NCBI GenBank assembly: GCA_963815195.1
Contig: CAWFGE010000004.1
Span: 1-64,000, forward strand
From: an uncultured Planctomycetaceae bacterium
GTDB taxonomy: Bacteria; Planctomycetota; Planctomycetia; Planctomycetales; Planctomycetaceae
Length of the DNA: 64,000 nucleotides
Direction of reading: 5' to 3'
Below, one piece after another: positions 23,549-33,181 of the stretch. Both the position numbers and the translations under genes were made by a program. The notes under the pieces are model-generated. The model was not told the origin of the DNA. It did no database searches and worked only from the letters and a program-made list of their open reading frames with translations. The first letter of the stretch is position 1, and every line of letters begins with the position of its first letter.

Positions 23549-24533
23549 CTAAAAGTTGCTGACAGGCCAACCGTCATTCATCGAATACAATCGCTGGTAT
23601 ATTCCGTAACCTGCCGCCGTTGTTCGGTTTGTCAAAGGCATTCGCATTGTTGACCCAGAGCGTGGTCGTGTGTTGAATGTTTTCGCTGATAAAGCGGACC
23701 GATCCGTCTCCCAACAGGAATTGGGCTCCCCCGACGTGCTCGCTGCCCGCCGTACGGTACGGTTGGGGATTTCCCTGCGGCTGCGTCCAATTCATTTTGT
23801 ACTGCCCCTCGGTGAGGATGACGTTCGTCCCGCCGTCGGCATATCCGGACGCGTTGCAGTCGCCGTACAGCCGGGCGTTGTTCCGCCCGTTGTTGTCCAT
23901 GTTCCACCGCACCTCGGCAATCATGATCGTATTCGTCGCGCCATCTTTGAGATCGCGAATCCGGGTCGGCTGGCCCCGGTTGTCCCGCTCAAACACGCCG
24001 TTGTAGCGAAGTTTGTTGGGATTGTTCCCGACGGTTCCGCCCTGATAGCCGTCGTACGAACCGGCGGCGGCCAAATAGCTTGTCGTGGCTTGTTGAGTCA
24101 CCGCGCGATTGTTGTAGTTGTTCGGTTTGTCGTCCGAGGGACAACTGAAAATCGTCAGAAACGTCTGGGCGAGTGTCACATTGGGAGCCTTGGCGAGGGT
24201 AACGCTCGGATTGAACTGCTTAAACAGCGGGGCCTGGTCGATATGCGGGAGAATCGACCACGACCAGGCGAAACCCGGACCTCCGAGCGCACTCGTGGGA
24301 CTGCCATCAAAATTGCCGCGGTACATCTGGCCGATCGGGAATGTCTTATGGGTTTCGTGGTAATTGTGCAGGGCCAGGCCGATCTGTTTGAGGCTGTTCT
24401 TGCAGGTCGATCGGCGGGCGGCTTCGCGGGCTTGCTGGACGGCGGGCAGCAAGAGGGCGATAAGGATCGCAATGATCGCAATCACCACCAAGAGTTCGAT
24501 CAACGTAAACCCGCGGCTTCGATTTCGTTTCAT
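23549..24533 (-). CDS. DUF1559 family prepilin-type protein (copy B); apparent frameshift near 23613
   Basis: Close paralogue of copy A. The C-terminus [21 protein letters not shown] is in the shifted frame. Confidence 0.93.
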
Positions 24534-24895
24534 GTCGTTTCTCCATAACTTGAGAAGGGATGAGAAGAAAAGAACAACAAGTTCGGCGCCGAAGAACGCC
24601 GGATCGAAAAGACAAAATCGATTCGGAAAACAACTTCACGAAGCGGGGTTTGGGAGATAGAAAAAGGGTTGTGCAGAATGAGTGATGGGGTAAAATGAAA
24701 CCCCCATACCGGCGCGTACCATGAGCGCCAATGTGAGGGAACGGGTTGGTGAGTGTCTGACTTTGACCAGTGGAAACTCACCAACCCGACTTTTATACGA
24801 GGGCGGTCATTCCGACCATCCCCGCGGACTTTGCGGATCCCCGCACGAATTCAACCCGCGCCGTGAGAAAAAGAATCGGAAATTTTTTCAAAACG
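24534..24895 (-). promoter_or_regulatory. Conserved structured upstream region of DUF1559 copy B
   Basis: Perfect 13-bp stem CGGGTTGGTGAGT/ACTCACCAACCCG (24742-24788) and the same conserved blocks as copy A. Confidence 0.6.
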
Positions 24896-24939
24896 GAAAA
24901 AATTCTTGGCCCGGGAATTCCTCAGAAGCTCTTGTACCG

Positions 24940-26283
24940 CTACCGCGTCGCTTCCTCGATGGCCTCTTGCGTAGCGCCGCACAGCGTTTCGACTAGCGGA
25001 ACGGGCATGGCGGGGGCGGGCATCAACACGATCACATCGCCCAGCGGCCGGATGATCACCCCCCGTCCGCGGGCGGCGAGCGTTACCTGATGGCCGATGC
25101 GTTTCTCCGGCGGGAAGGCCCGGCGAGTGGCGCGGTCTTCGATCAGGTGAATCCCGACCATCATCCCCTTCTGCCGGACTTCCAAGACGTGGGGATGATC
25201 TTTCAGGCTCGCCAGATTCTCGCTCAAGCACTCCGCGTTTCGGGCGATGTTCTCCAGCACCCGGTTGTCATCAAATAGTTTCAGCGAAGCGAGCGCCGCC
25301 GCGCAGCCTAAGGGATTTCCCGTGTAGGTGTGGCCGTGGTAGAAAGTTTTCCCTTCGGCCGGCTCTCCCAAAAACGCTTCATAGATTTCCTCGGTCGCCA
25401 GCGCCATCGCCACGGGCAAATACCCGCCGGTCAGCCCCTTGGCCACGCACATCAGATCGGGTTCGACCTGTTCCTGCTCGCATGCGAACATCGTGCCGGT
25501 GCGCCCAAAGCCGACGGCGACTTCATCGGCGATCAGCGGGATGCCGTATCGCCGGGTCATCTCGCGAACGTGTTTTAAGTACCCGCGGGCATGGACCCAA
25601 ATCCCGGCCGCCCCCTGCACCAAGGGTTCCATGATAAAGCCCGCAATCCGCGGGTGGTGCTCTTCGAGCACGGCCTCCACTTCTTCAAAGCACCACGCGA
25701 GGTAGGTCTCGGGCGTCAGTTCGGGCGGCGTGAGAAACGGAACCGGCGCGGGCACGCGGAGGGTTTGAAATAAGAGATTCCGATAGACCCCGTGAAAGAG
25801 TTCCATGCCGCCCACGCTCACCGAGCCCACCGTGTCGCCGTGGTAAGCATCGCCTAAGCACACAAACAAATTCCGCTCCGGTTCCGGGTGCGGTTTTTGG
25901 CGGTGGTATTGGTAGGCGATCTTGAGGGCGGACTCGACCGCGGTCGCGCCGCTGTCGGAGTAAAATACCTTGGTGAGCCCGGCCGGCGTTCGCTGGACGA
26001 GTTCGCGGGCCAACTCGATCGAGGGCACGTTGCTCAAGCCGAGCAGCGTGCTGTGGGCGATGCGGCCGAGTTGTTCGCGAATGGCATCGTCGATCTCCGG
26101 CACGCGATGCCCGTGGACGTTGCACCACAGCGACGAGATGCCGTCCAAATACCGCCGGCCTTCGGTGTCGATCAGATCAAACCCTTCGGCCCGTTCGATA
26201 ATGGGGGCGGATTCTTCGCGGTAGGCCGACATCGGCGTAAACGGATGCCAAACGTAGTCGTTGTCCCACTGCCGGTGCGTCAT
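24940..26283 (-). CDS. bioA: Adenosylmethionine-8-amino-7-oxononanoate aminotransferase
   Basis: [73 protein letters not shown]. Confidence 0.95.
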   Translation of the reverse strand: MTHRQWDNDYVWHPFTPMSAYREESAPIIERAEGFDLIDTEGRRYLDGISSLWCNVHGHRVPEIDDAIREQLGRIAHSTLLGLSNVPSIELARELVQRTPAGLTKVFYSDSGATAVESALKIAYQYHRQKPHPEPERNLFVCLGDAYHGDTVGSVSVGGMELFHGVYRNLLFQTLRVPAPVPFLTPPELTPETYLAWCFEEVEAVLEEHHPRIAGFIMEPLVQGAAGIWVHARGYLKHVREMTRRYGIPLIADEVAVGFGRTGTMFACEQEQVEPDLMCVAKGLTGGYLPVAMALATEEIYEAFLGEPAEGKTFYHGHTYTGNPLGCAAALASLKLFDDNRVLENIARNAECLSENLASLKDHPHVLEVRQKGMMVGIHLIEDRATRRAFPPEKRIGHQVTLAARGRGVIIRPLGDVIVLMPAPAMPVPLVETLCGATQEAIEEATR

Positions 26284-26296
26284 CGGTTGATTGGTT

Positions 26297-26468
26297 CTGT
26301 GAAGGGAAGACAAAAGGAGCCGCGCACGAAGTAAGCGGGGAAACTGTGAAGGGAAGACAAAAGGAGCCGCGCACGAAGTAAGCGGGGAAACTGTGAAGGG
26401 AAGACAAAAGGAGCCGCGCACGAAGTAAGCGGGGAAACACGGCTTACTTCGTGCGCGGCTCTACGAAA
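26297..26468. repeat. Three perfect 47-bp tandem units, each holding a REP arm, closed by the inverted arm
   Basis: CTGTGAAGGGAAGACAAAAGGAGCCGCGCACGAAGTAAGCGGGGAAA at 26297, 26344 and 26391, then GCTTACTTCGTGCGCGGCTCTAC. Confidence 0.9.
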
Positions 26469-26486
26469 GCGCCAATGACATTCCCT

Positions 26487-28162
26487 CTAACTCTTGCCCG
26501 CTTCGACGGGTTCGGGTTTTTCGGAATCCATCGCGATGCGTTGCTGCATGACTTCCTCGAAGCCTTCGCGGAGCTCAGGCAAGTTCGCGACGACGCCCGG
26601 AAATCGCCTTGGCGGAGGGCCAACAGGTTCATCGCCTTTTTGCAGCGGATCGTGGCGCTTCGCGTCCGCTGGTTCAACAGGGCCATCTCGCCGAAGTATT
26701 CTCCTTCCTTGAGCGTGGCCACGACTCTCTCTTGGGTTTGGCCGTTCTCTTCGGATTCGAGGACAACCTCGGCTTCGCCGTCGAGGATGATGTATAAGGA
26801 ATCGCCCAAGTCGCCCTGATGGAACACGACTTCGCCCGGTTCGAAGTGGACTTGCGAAACCGCATTGCCTCCGCTCATTTTGAGCTGCACGGTTTCGGGC
26901 GGGATCAACACGTCGAGGAGCCAGGCGAGGGCGACCTTCACCTTGCGGTCGAAGCCGGGCATCTTCCACCAATACACGCCCCGCCACAGGAACCACGCAA
27001 AAAATCCGGACACGGGAATGCGGTTGAATAACAACGCGACGGCGTTGTGATAACCCAGCGAGCCCATCGTGCCCAGGCCTTTGAAGGTGAAGCGTTTTTT
27101 CTCGCCGCCGAACAGCTTGGCGTTGATATTGTGCGCGAGCACCTTGGCCTGGCGGGTGGCGTGCTGGGCGGTGGGCGGGCAGTAGCCTTCCCCGCCCGGG
27201 TTGGGCATGGCCATGCAGTCGCCAATCGCCGACACGTCCGGATGGCCTTCGATTTCAAAGCACTGATCGATCAAAATCTTGCCGCGCTCTTTGGGCAAAT
27301 CGAGGGCGTCGATAATGGGGTTCGGCGACGAGGGCACGGTGGATACCAGCGTCTTCGTCGGAATGCGGATTTCCTTTTTGGTGTCCTTGTCCATCACGAT
27401 GGCCGCATCCGGGGTGGCCGTTCTGAGCCGGGCGTCCAGCATCAAATCCATGCCCCGCCTGCGAAGGACCGTCTGGGCATAAAGGCTCAGCTTCTCGGGC
27501 ATTTCGCGTTCCAGAATCCGCGAGCCGGAATGCACCAGCTTCACCTGCACGTCCTCGGGCGAAATGTTTTGCGTCCGCTTGGCCATGTGCTTCAAGAAGT
27601 CGATCATTTCCGCCGCGACTTCCACGCCGGAGAACCCGCCCCCGGCCACCACGAACGTCAACAGCTCCTGGCGGCGCTGCGGGTTCTTTTCGATGCTGGC
27701 TTCCTGCATCACGCGGATGAGGTGGTTCCGCAGTTGCACGGCGTCGGCGAGATTCTTAAAGGGCAGAGCATGCTCATAAATGCCAGGGATGCCCCGAAAG
27801 TCCGTCACGGTTCCGAGCGCGATCACGAGATGGTCGTATTCCAAATCCAACGACCGCGGCCAAAACCCCGGGGAGAGCGTGACGACTTTGTTTTCCAGAT
27901 CGACTTTTTCGACTTCGCGGATGTAAAGCTGCGTGCGCGGGAGCAGCCGGTTGATGGGGCTGACCGTGTCGGTGAGCCCGATGCTCCCGGAAATGATCTC
28001 GGCCAGCATCGGCTGGAACACGAAGTAGTTTTCCTGATTGACCAAGGCAATCTCGACTTCGTGCCGTTCGCGGAGCAATTTCTCCAAATACATCCCGGTA
28101 AAGACGCCGCCGAATCCTCCGCCTAAAATCACCACGCGCTTGGGTTTTCGATCCGTGTGCAT
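26487..28162 (-). CDS. ndh: Type II NADH dehydrogenase-like flavoprotein fused to a cyclic-nucleotide-binding domain; apparent frameshift near 26597
   Basis: GGGFGG, FQPML, YDHLVIALG, AGGGFSGVE, AIGDC, PPTAQHA; C-terminal VFHQGD..LYII.DG...FGEMALL...RSAT. Confidence 0.88.
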
Positions 28163-28531
28163 GACCACTGTTCTTGCCTGGGGTTTGAGGGAAAAAACCG
28201 CCGAGGAGGGCGGCGCAAAACTGCCGAGTCGCCCGGTCGCTACCGCACACTATAACCGGAACCTGCCGGGGGACGAAACGTATTCGGTAGCATCGGTCAT
28301 ATTTCCCACGAAAACTTCGCCAGAATTCCCGCACCGGCGGGACCGTTACCAGGAGCACGTTCCGCAGAATTGGCGTGAAGGCACTACACAGGGAGACTCG
28401 ATCCCGATATGATAATGCGCTATCGATTTGTTGTGACGTGGTCAACCCCACAAACCCCACCTTTACCTCCCGACCGTCGGCGACTAGATGCCCAGGCTCT
28501 CCCCCGATGGCCCTACCCCAAGGAGGCTTCC

Positions 28532-29437
28532 ATGAAGTCGTTCCTGCGATGTTCGTTGTGCTTGAGCGTATTGTTGACGGGGGCCGCGTCCGCGGTGTTT
28601 GGACAGGATGCCGAGAAGCCCTCGCCCAAAGCCGCCCCGATGAAGCAGGTCCCCACTCCGGGCCGGTTTGAGATCGAAGTCTCCGCGGGCGAGCACAAGC
28701 GAAGCTACAACCATCCTTCCAAGGCGATTTCGGAGGTGGCCCGCGCGCTCGGCCGGGCCAAGCGGGCTAAAGAAGGCGAAGCCCCCGCATTCGAAGCGGC
28801 GATCACGTTAAACGACCAGGCGTTCACATTCACCAACCCGGAAACGGCACTCGAAGCCTGCAAAGCCCTGACTGCCACGATGCGCGACCTTCCCAAATTG
28901 CGAATGGGCCTCGGGGACTTGGGCGAGATCCCCGAAGTCAAACCGGAAGACAACCCGGCCAATCAGCCCGGCGCGGCGAAATCCCCAGCGGCGGCGATGA
29001 TGGAAGTTCGCCGCCGGATTCAAATGGCCTTGCAAAAGCAAATGTCGGGCGGCGGTGGGGGTCGCGGCTACGGCCGGCCCCGCATGCCCAACCCGCTGAC
29101 TATGCAGCGGACGATCGCCCAGGAGATTCAAAAAGCCCAGCAAGAAGGCTTGCTTCCGTCGAACAACGCGGGTGGCGGCGGCTTCGCGGGCGGCGATCCC
29201 ATCGAAGCCAAGAAAGAAGCCATCGTTCAGAACCTCGCCTTCGTCTTGGGCCAGGCCGACTCCGTCGCCAAAGCGGACGAAAAACCCAAAGACGACAAAG
29301 GCAAAGCCAAACCCGTGGAGGAGAAAGCGGACGAAGCCAAACCCGCCGAAGCCAAACCCGCCGAAGCCAAACCCGTCGAAGCCAAACCCGCCGAAGAGAA
29401 AGCCGCCGAAGCGAAAACTCCCAAAGCCGACAATTAA
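28532..29437 (+). CDS. Hypothetical secreted protein with a low-complexity AEAKP tail
   Basis: AAGGAGG RBS, signal peptide, and 15-bp tandem repeats (about 29332-29395) encoding EAKPA. Confidence 0.75.
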   Translation: MKSFLRCSLCLSVLLTGAASAVFGQDAEKPSPKAAPMKQVPTPGRFEIEVSAGEHKRSYNHPSKAISEVARALGRAKRAKEGEAPAFEAAITLNDQAFTFTNPETALEACKALTATMRDLPKLRMGLGDLGEIPEVKPEDNPANQPGAAKSPAAAMMEVRRRIQMALQKQMSGGGGGRGYGRPRMPNPLTMQRTIAQEIQKAQQEGLLPSNNAGGGGFAGGDPIEAKKEAIVQNLAFVLGQADSVAKADEKPKDDKGKAKPVEEKADEAKPAEAKPAEAKPVEAKPAEEKAAEAKTPKADN

Positions 29438-29464
29438 CGGTGGCTGGAAGCCGCCGCTACGGCT

Positions 29465-30160
29465 TTACAGCGGGGCCGTGAGGGATTGGCCGTTGTGCTG
29501 GGAGCCCAGGGACAACAGGAACGGGGCGGCCGTGTGGCTCCAGAGGTCTGCGGTGGGGTAGTTGTGGGCGGCGTCCCCGAAGCAGGTTTGCAGCATCTCG
29601 GTATTGATGACGCCGGGATTGAAAGGCACCGCCGCCATGCCGGCCGGCAGCTCCTGGGCAAGACTTTGGGTTAAGCCTTCGATGGCGAACTTCGTCGCGC
29701 AGTACGGGGCGACCTCGGCGGAGGTGCTCCGGCCCCAGGTGGAGCTGAAGTTGACGATCACCCCCTGCCGGCGTTCCACCATCGCGGGAACAAAGTGCCG
29801 AATCACGTTGGCCACGCCTTTGATGTTGATGTCGATGATCTGGGAGAACTCCTTTTCGGGCACTTGCCAGAGTGGGGCGTTCCGGTTGATGACCGCGGCG
29901 TTGTTGATGAGCAAATCCGGCGGGCCGAGGGTTTCCAAAATCTCTTCCGCCCACGCCGCCACGCGGCTGTCGTCGGCGACGTCCACGACGCGGAAGCAGT
30001 GCGGTTCCCCGAATTGATCGCGGAGGGATTCAATCGCCATTGCCGACCGCCCGCAGCCGGCCACCGTGTGCCCGGCTTCGATAAATCGCTCGGTCAATGC
30101 CCGCCCCAAGCCCTGGGTCGCGCCCGTCATGACAATCACCCGCGGTTTGCTCGCTGCCAT
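29465..30160 (-). CDS. Short-chain dehydrogenase/reductase
   Basis: TGATQGLG, LINNAA, NFSS, YCATK. Confidence 0.9.
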   Translation of the reverse strand: MAASKPRVIVMTGATQGLGRALTERFIEAGHTVAGCGRSAMAIESLRDQFGEPHCFRVVDVADDSRVAAWAEEILETLGPPDLLINNAAVINRNAPLWQVPEKEFSQIIDINIKGVANVIRHFVPAMVERRQGVIVNFSSTWGRSTSAEVAPYCATKFAIEGLTQSLAQELPAGMAAVPFNPGVINTEMLQTCFGDAAHNYPTADLWSHTAAPFLLSLGSQHNGQSLTAPL

Positions 30161-30252
30161 CCCTCAACTCCCCGGCTCATGTTCGGCCAATCTTCGGAAC
30201 CGTTCAAATCTTACCACTCCGCGCCGCCGATGTCAGCCGGCGCTGAGGATTT

Positions 30253-30370
30253 AGGGCCGAAGGCCCGGCTCTATGTCAGCCCAAGGCGCAACGTTGGGGA
30301 ACGGGAATGTTTCATTTCTCATCGGTAACCTGGGGCGGCCTGGCTTGCCCTAGGCTGGGCCTTCGGCCCT
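30253..30370. repeat. MITE/REP-like element with terminal inverted repeats
   Basis: AGGGCCGAAGGCCC ... GGGCCTTCGGCCCT. Confidence 0.6.
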
Positions 30371-30537
30371 TTTCCCGTAATCTGGAACGACTGAAGTTCG
30401 CCTCAACACGTGCCGGTGTATTTTCACCCCATCTATCCCAGCCTTTTCAGAGTGACAATTATGGGGGTTGTGGAGATTTTCGGGTTGAACTATACTCCCC
30501 TTCCGTTAAATCTTTACGATCTCTTCCAGCAGGTAGG

Positions 30538-31032
30538 ATGATGCGTTTTTTGTTGGTCGATCGGATTACGGCCTTCGAGGCGGGAGAATCGATCACGGCG
30601 GTGAAGAATCTTTCGCTGGCGGAAGAGTATCTGGCGGATCACTTTCCGGGTTTCCCGGTAATGCCGGGCGTGTTGATGTTGGAATCCCTGGTGCAGACGA
30701 GCGCCTGGCTGATGCGGATCACTGAAGACTTCCGGTTCAGCACGATTCTGCTCAAAGAAGCGAAAGCCCTCAAATTCAATAACTTTATGAAGCCGGGGAT
30801 GGTGCTCAAAGTCACCTCGACCGTGCACAAAAGGTCCGAGCGGGAATACACCTTCAAGGCGGAAGGCGTCGCGGTTTCGGGTGGCGAATCGTCCTCCGCC
30901 GTGAGCGCGCGGATCACCTTGGAGCAGCGGAATCTCGCGGAGCAAAACCCGGAGATGGCCAAATCCGACAAACGGCAGATCGCGGAATTTCAGACCCTCT
31001 GGCGGCAAGTCCGTCCGGAACCATCCCGATAA
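30538..31032 (+). CDS. fabZ: 3-hydroxyacyl-ACP dehydratase, FabZ-like (paralogue 1)
   Basis: FLLVDRI, KNLSLAEEYLADHFPGFPVMPGVLMLE. Confidence 0.85.
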   Translation: MMRFLLVDRITAFEAGESITAVKNLSLAEEYLADHFPGFPVMPGVLMLESLVQTSAWLMRITEDFRFSTILLKEAKALKFNNFMKPGMVLKVTSTVHKRSEREYTFKAEGVAVSGGESSSAVSARITLEQRNLAEQNPEMAKSDKRQIAEFQTLWRQVRPEPSR

Positions 31033-31108
31033 GCGAAAAAGGCGAGCGGCCAGCGTAAGCTGGCTGATCACTCCGAAAAACAAAGCGTATCGTTACCCGA
31101 AAAACATC

Positions 31109-31133
31109 ATGGGGCTTACGCCCCACGCTCGCC
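31109..31133. repeat. Solo REP arm of the GGCGAGCG family
   Basis: GGGGCTTACGCCCCACGCTCGCC resembles the right arms at about 33120 and 59505. Confidence 0.6.
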
Positions 31134-31166
31134 GTGAAACGGAAAAAACCACAAAGGAACAACACC

Positions 31167-31919
31167 ATGAAACTGGCGGGACGAACGGCTTTGGTCACGG
31201 GCGGCAGCCGCGGCATCGGCAAGGCGATCGTCTGGGCGCTGGCGAAAGAAGGCGCGAAGGTCGCTTTCGTGTACCGCTCCAGTCAGGAGACCGCCGAGGC
31301 GCTCGTGAAGGAATTGGAACTCGATCAGCGCGAAGCCGTGGCGATCCAAGGCAATGTCGCTCAGAAAGACGACGCCGACCGCGCGATCAACGAGGTTCTG
31401 GAGAAATGGGGCAAGCTGGATATTCTGGTCAACAACGCCGGCGTGATCCGCGACGGGCTTCTCGCCGTGATGAAGCCGGAAAATTGGCAAGAAGTTATCG
31501 ACACAAATCTGACAAGCGTCTATAACTTCTGCCAATCGGCGATGCGGCCAATGATGTCGGCCCGTTATGGCCGAATTATCAATATGTCGAGCGTCGCCGC
31601 TCATACCGCCAATCCCGGCCAATGCAACTATGCGGCAAGCAAGGGCGGTATTGAGGGGTTCACGCGCTGTTTGGCGACCGAAATCGCGAAACGCGGCATC
31701 ACTGTCAACGCCGTCGCGCCGGGCTTCATCGAAACTGACATGACGGAATCGGTGGTCAACGCCGCCGGAGACCAGATCAAAAAACAAATCCCCGTCAAAC
31801 GACTGGGCAAACCGGAAGACATCGCCAATGCCGTCCTGTTTTTGGCCTTGGAGGAATCCTCCTACATCACAGGACATGTGTTGACGGTGGATGGCGGATT
31901 AACCCTCGGCGGCCTCTAA
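31167..31919 (+). CDS. fabG: 3-oxoacyl-ACP reductase
   Basis: TGGSRGIG, LVNNAG..RD, NPGQCNYAASKGG, VNAVAPGFIETDMT, YITGHVLTVDGG. Confidence 0.93.
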   Translation: MKLAGRTALVTGGSRGIGKAIVWALAKEGAKVAFVYRSSQETAEALVKELELDQREAVAIQGNVAQKDDADRAINEVLEKWGKLDILVNNAGVIRDGLLAVMKPENWQEVIDTNLTSVYNFCQSAMRPMMSARYGRIINMSSVAAHTANPGQCNYAASKGGIEGFTRCLATEIAKRGITVNAVAPGFIETDMTESVVNAAGDQIKKQIPVKRLGKPEDIANAVLFLALEESSYITGHVLTVDGGLTLGGL

Positions 31920-32009
31920 GCCGCCGGGATCTCGGAAACCAAAACGGAATTTGGGAGAGGCCGGCGACTGCAAACGCCGACTCAAAAATCACATAAGGAG
32001 ATGTGACGT

Positions 32010-32408
32010 ATGCCGACGAGTGAAACCTTCGCCAAAGTTCAAGAAGTCCTGGTGGACGCCCTCGGCGTCGATGACGATGAGGTGACGCCCGAAGCGACGC
32101 TGCAAGGCGATCTGGGAGCCGAGTCCATCGACTTCCTCGACATCGTGTTCCGCCTGGAAAAGAGCTTCGACATCCGCATTCCCCGCGGCGAGCTCTTCCC
32201 GGAAAACCTCACCGGCTCGGACGCGGGCTATGTCGAAAACGGCAAGCTCACCGATGTCGGCATCAACGCCCTTCGCAAACGGCTGCCGCACACCGACATC
32301 GACAAACTCGCCGCCGACCCCCGCGTGGAAAACATCCCGGATCTGTTCACCGTGCAGTCGGTGGTCAATTTCCTGGACCAGAAACTGGGCGAATCCAAAG
32401 CCGCCTGA
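32010..32408 (+). CDS. Acyl carrier protein, extended (132 aa)
   Basis: DLGAESIDFLDIVFRLEKSF phosphopantetheine site; long insertion before the final helix FTVQSVVNFL; AAGGAG RBS. Confidence 0.9.
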   Translation: MPTSETFAKVQEVLVDALGVDDDEVTPEATLQGDLGAESIDFLDIVFRLEKSFDIRIPRGELFPENLTGSDAGYVENGKLTDVGINALRKRLPHTDIDKLAADPRVENIPDLFTVQSVVNFLDQKLGESKAA

Positions 32409-32439
32409 GTTTGGCCAAGGATTTCGCGTAAATCCCATC

Positions 32440-32489
32440 CCCAAGCCGACGCCTTGGCGTCGCGACCGACCACAAGTGGTCGGCTTGGG
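32440..32489 (+). other. Branched hairpin between the ACP gene and the second fabZ
   Basis: CCCAAGCCGAC/GTCGGCTTGGG with inner stems GACGCC/GGCGTC and CCGACCAC/GTGGTCGG. Confidence 0.55.
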
Positions 32490-32514
32490 AAGTTTCAACC
32501 AAAGGCCGTAGGCG

Positions 32515-33000
32515 ATGCGCTGGGTTTGGATTGACCGATTCCTTGAATTTGAAAGCGGCTCCCATGCCAAGGCGGTGAAGAACATCACCTTGGCCGAGGA
32601 GCATTTGCACGACCATTTTCCCGGCTTTCCGGTGATGCCGGGGTCGCTGATGATCGAAGGCATGGCCCAAACGGGCGGGATTCTGCTGGGGGAAGCCAAC
32701 GACTTTCGGCACATCGTGATCCTCGCCAAGGTCCCCAAGGTCACGTTCCATAGCTGGGCCTGCCCCGGTGACACGTTGATTTACGAGGCCCGCCTGATCG
32801 ATGTCCGCGACGAAGGCGGCACGGTGGAATGCCGGGCGACCGTCGGCAGCCGGCTGGTCGCCGAGGCGGAAATCATGTTTGCCCACCTGGATCAAAAAGG
32901 CCCCGAACTCCAGGCGGTCGATCAAAAGAACTTTGTATTTTCGACCGGTTTATTAAGCGTCCTCGACGTCGGCAAAGCCGGCGACGGTATGAAAACATAA
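32515..33000 (+). CDS. fabZ: 3-hydroxyacyl-ACP dehydratase, FabZ-like (paralogue 2)
   Basis: WVWIDRF, KNITLAEEHLHDHFPGFPVMPGSLMIEGMAQ, PGDTL. Confidence 0.85.
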   Translation: MRWVWIDRFLEFESGSHAKAVKNITLAEEHLHDHFPGFPVMPGSLMIEGMAQTGGILLGEANDFRHIVILAKVPKVTFHSWACPGDTLIYEARLIDVRDEGGTVECRATVGSRLVAEAEIMFAHLDQKGPELQAVDQKNFVFSTGLLSVLDVGKAGDGMKT

Positions 33001-33002
33001 AT

Positions 33003-33145
33003 GGCGAGCGGGGGGCGTCAGCCCCCCGGTTTCATGGATCGCTTCAAAACCCTGACAATCGCAATCGCGGTTGTTCGTGAAATCTTGGTTTCTAAGGGTT
33101 TTGATCCATGGGGAATAACCAGGGGGCTTACGCACCCCGCTCGCC
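33003..33145. repeat. Paired REP-like element (GGCGAGCG family)
   Basis: GGCGAGCGGGGGGCGTCAGCCCCCCGGT ... ACCAGGGGGCTTACGCACCCCGCTCGCC; second copy at 59398-59532. Confidence 0.85.
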
Positions 33146-33181
33146 TGGGTTTTACTTTTTCTCAAGCGACGAGCCAAATCC

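Noticed and set aside
21546..24533. Diversity-generating retroelement (template/variable repeat pair)
   Set aside because: Both copies are full genes, differences are not confined to adenines, and no reverse transcriptase is present.
26297..26437. CRISPR array
   Set aside because: Units are identical along their whole length, with no unique spacers and no cas genes in the window.
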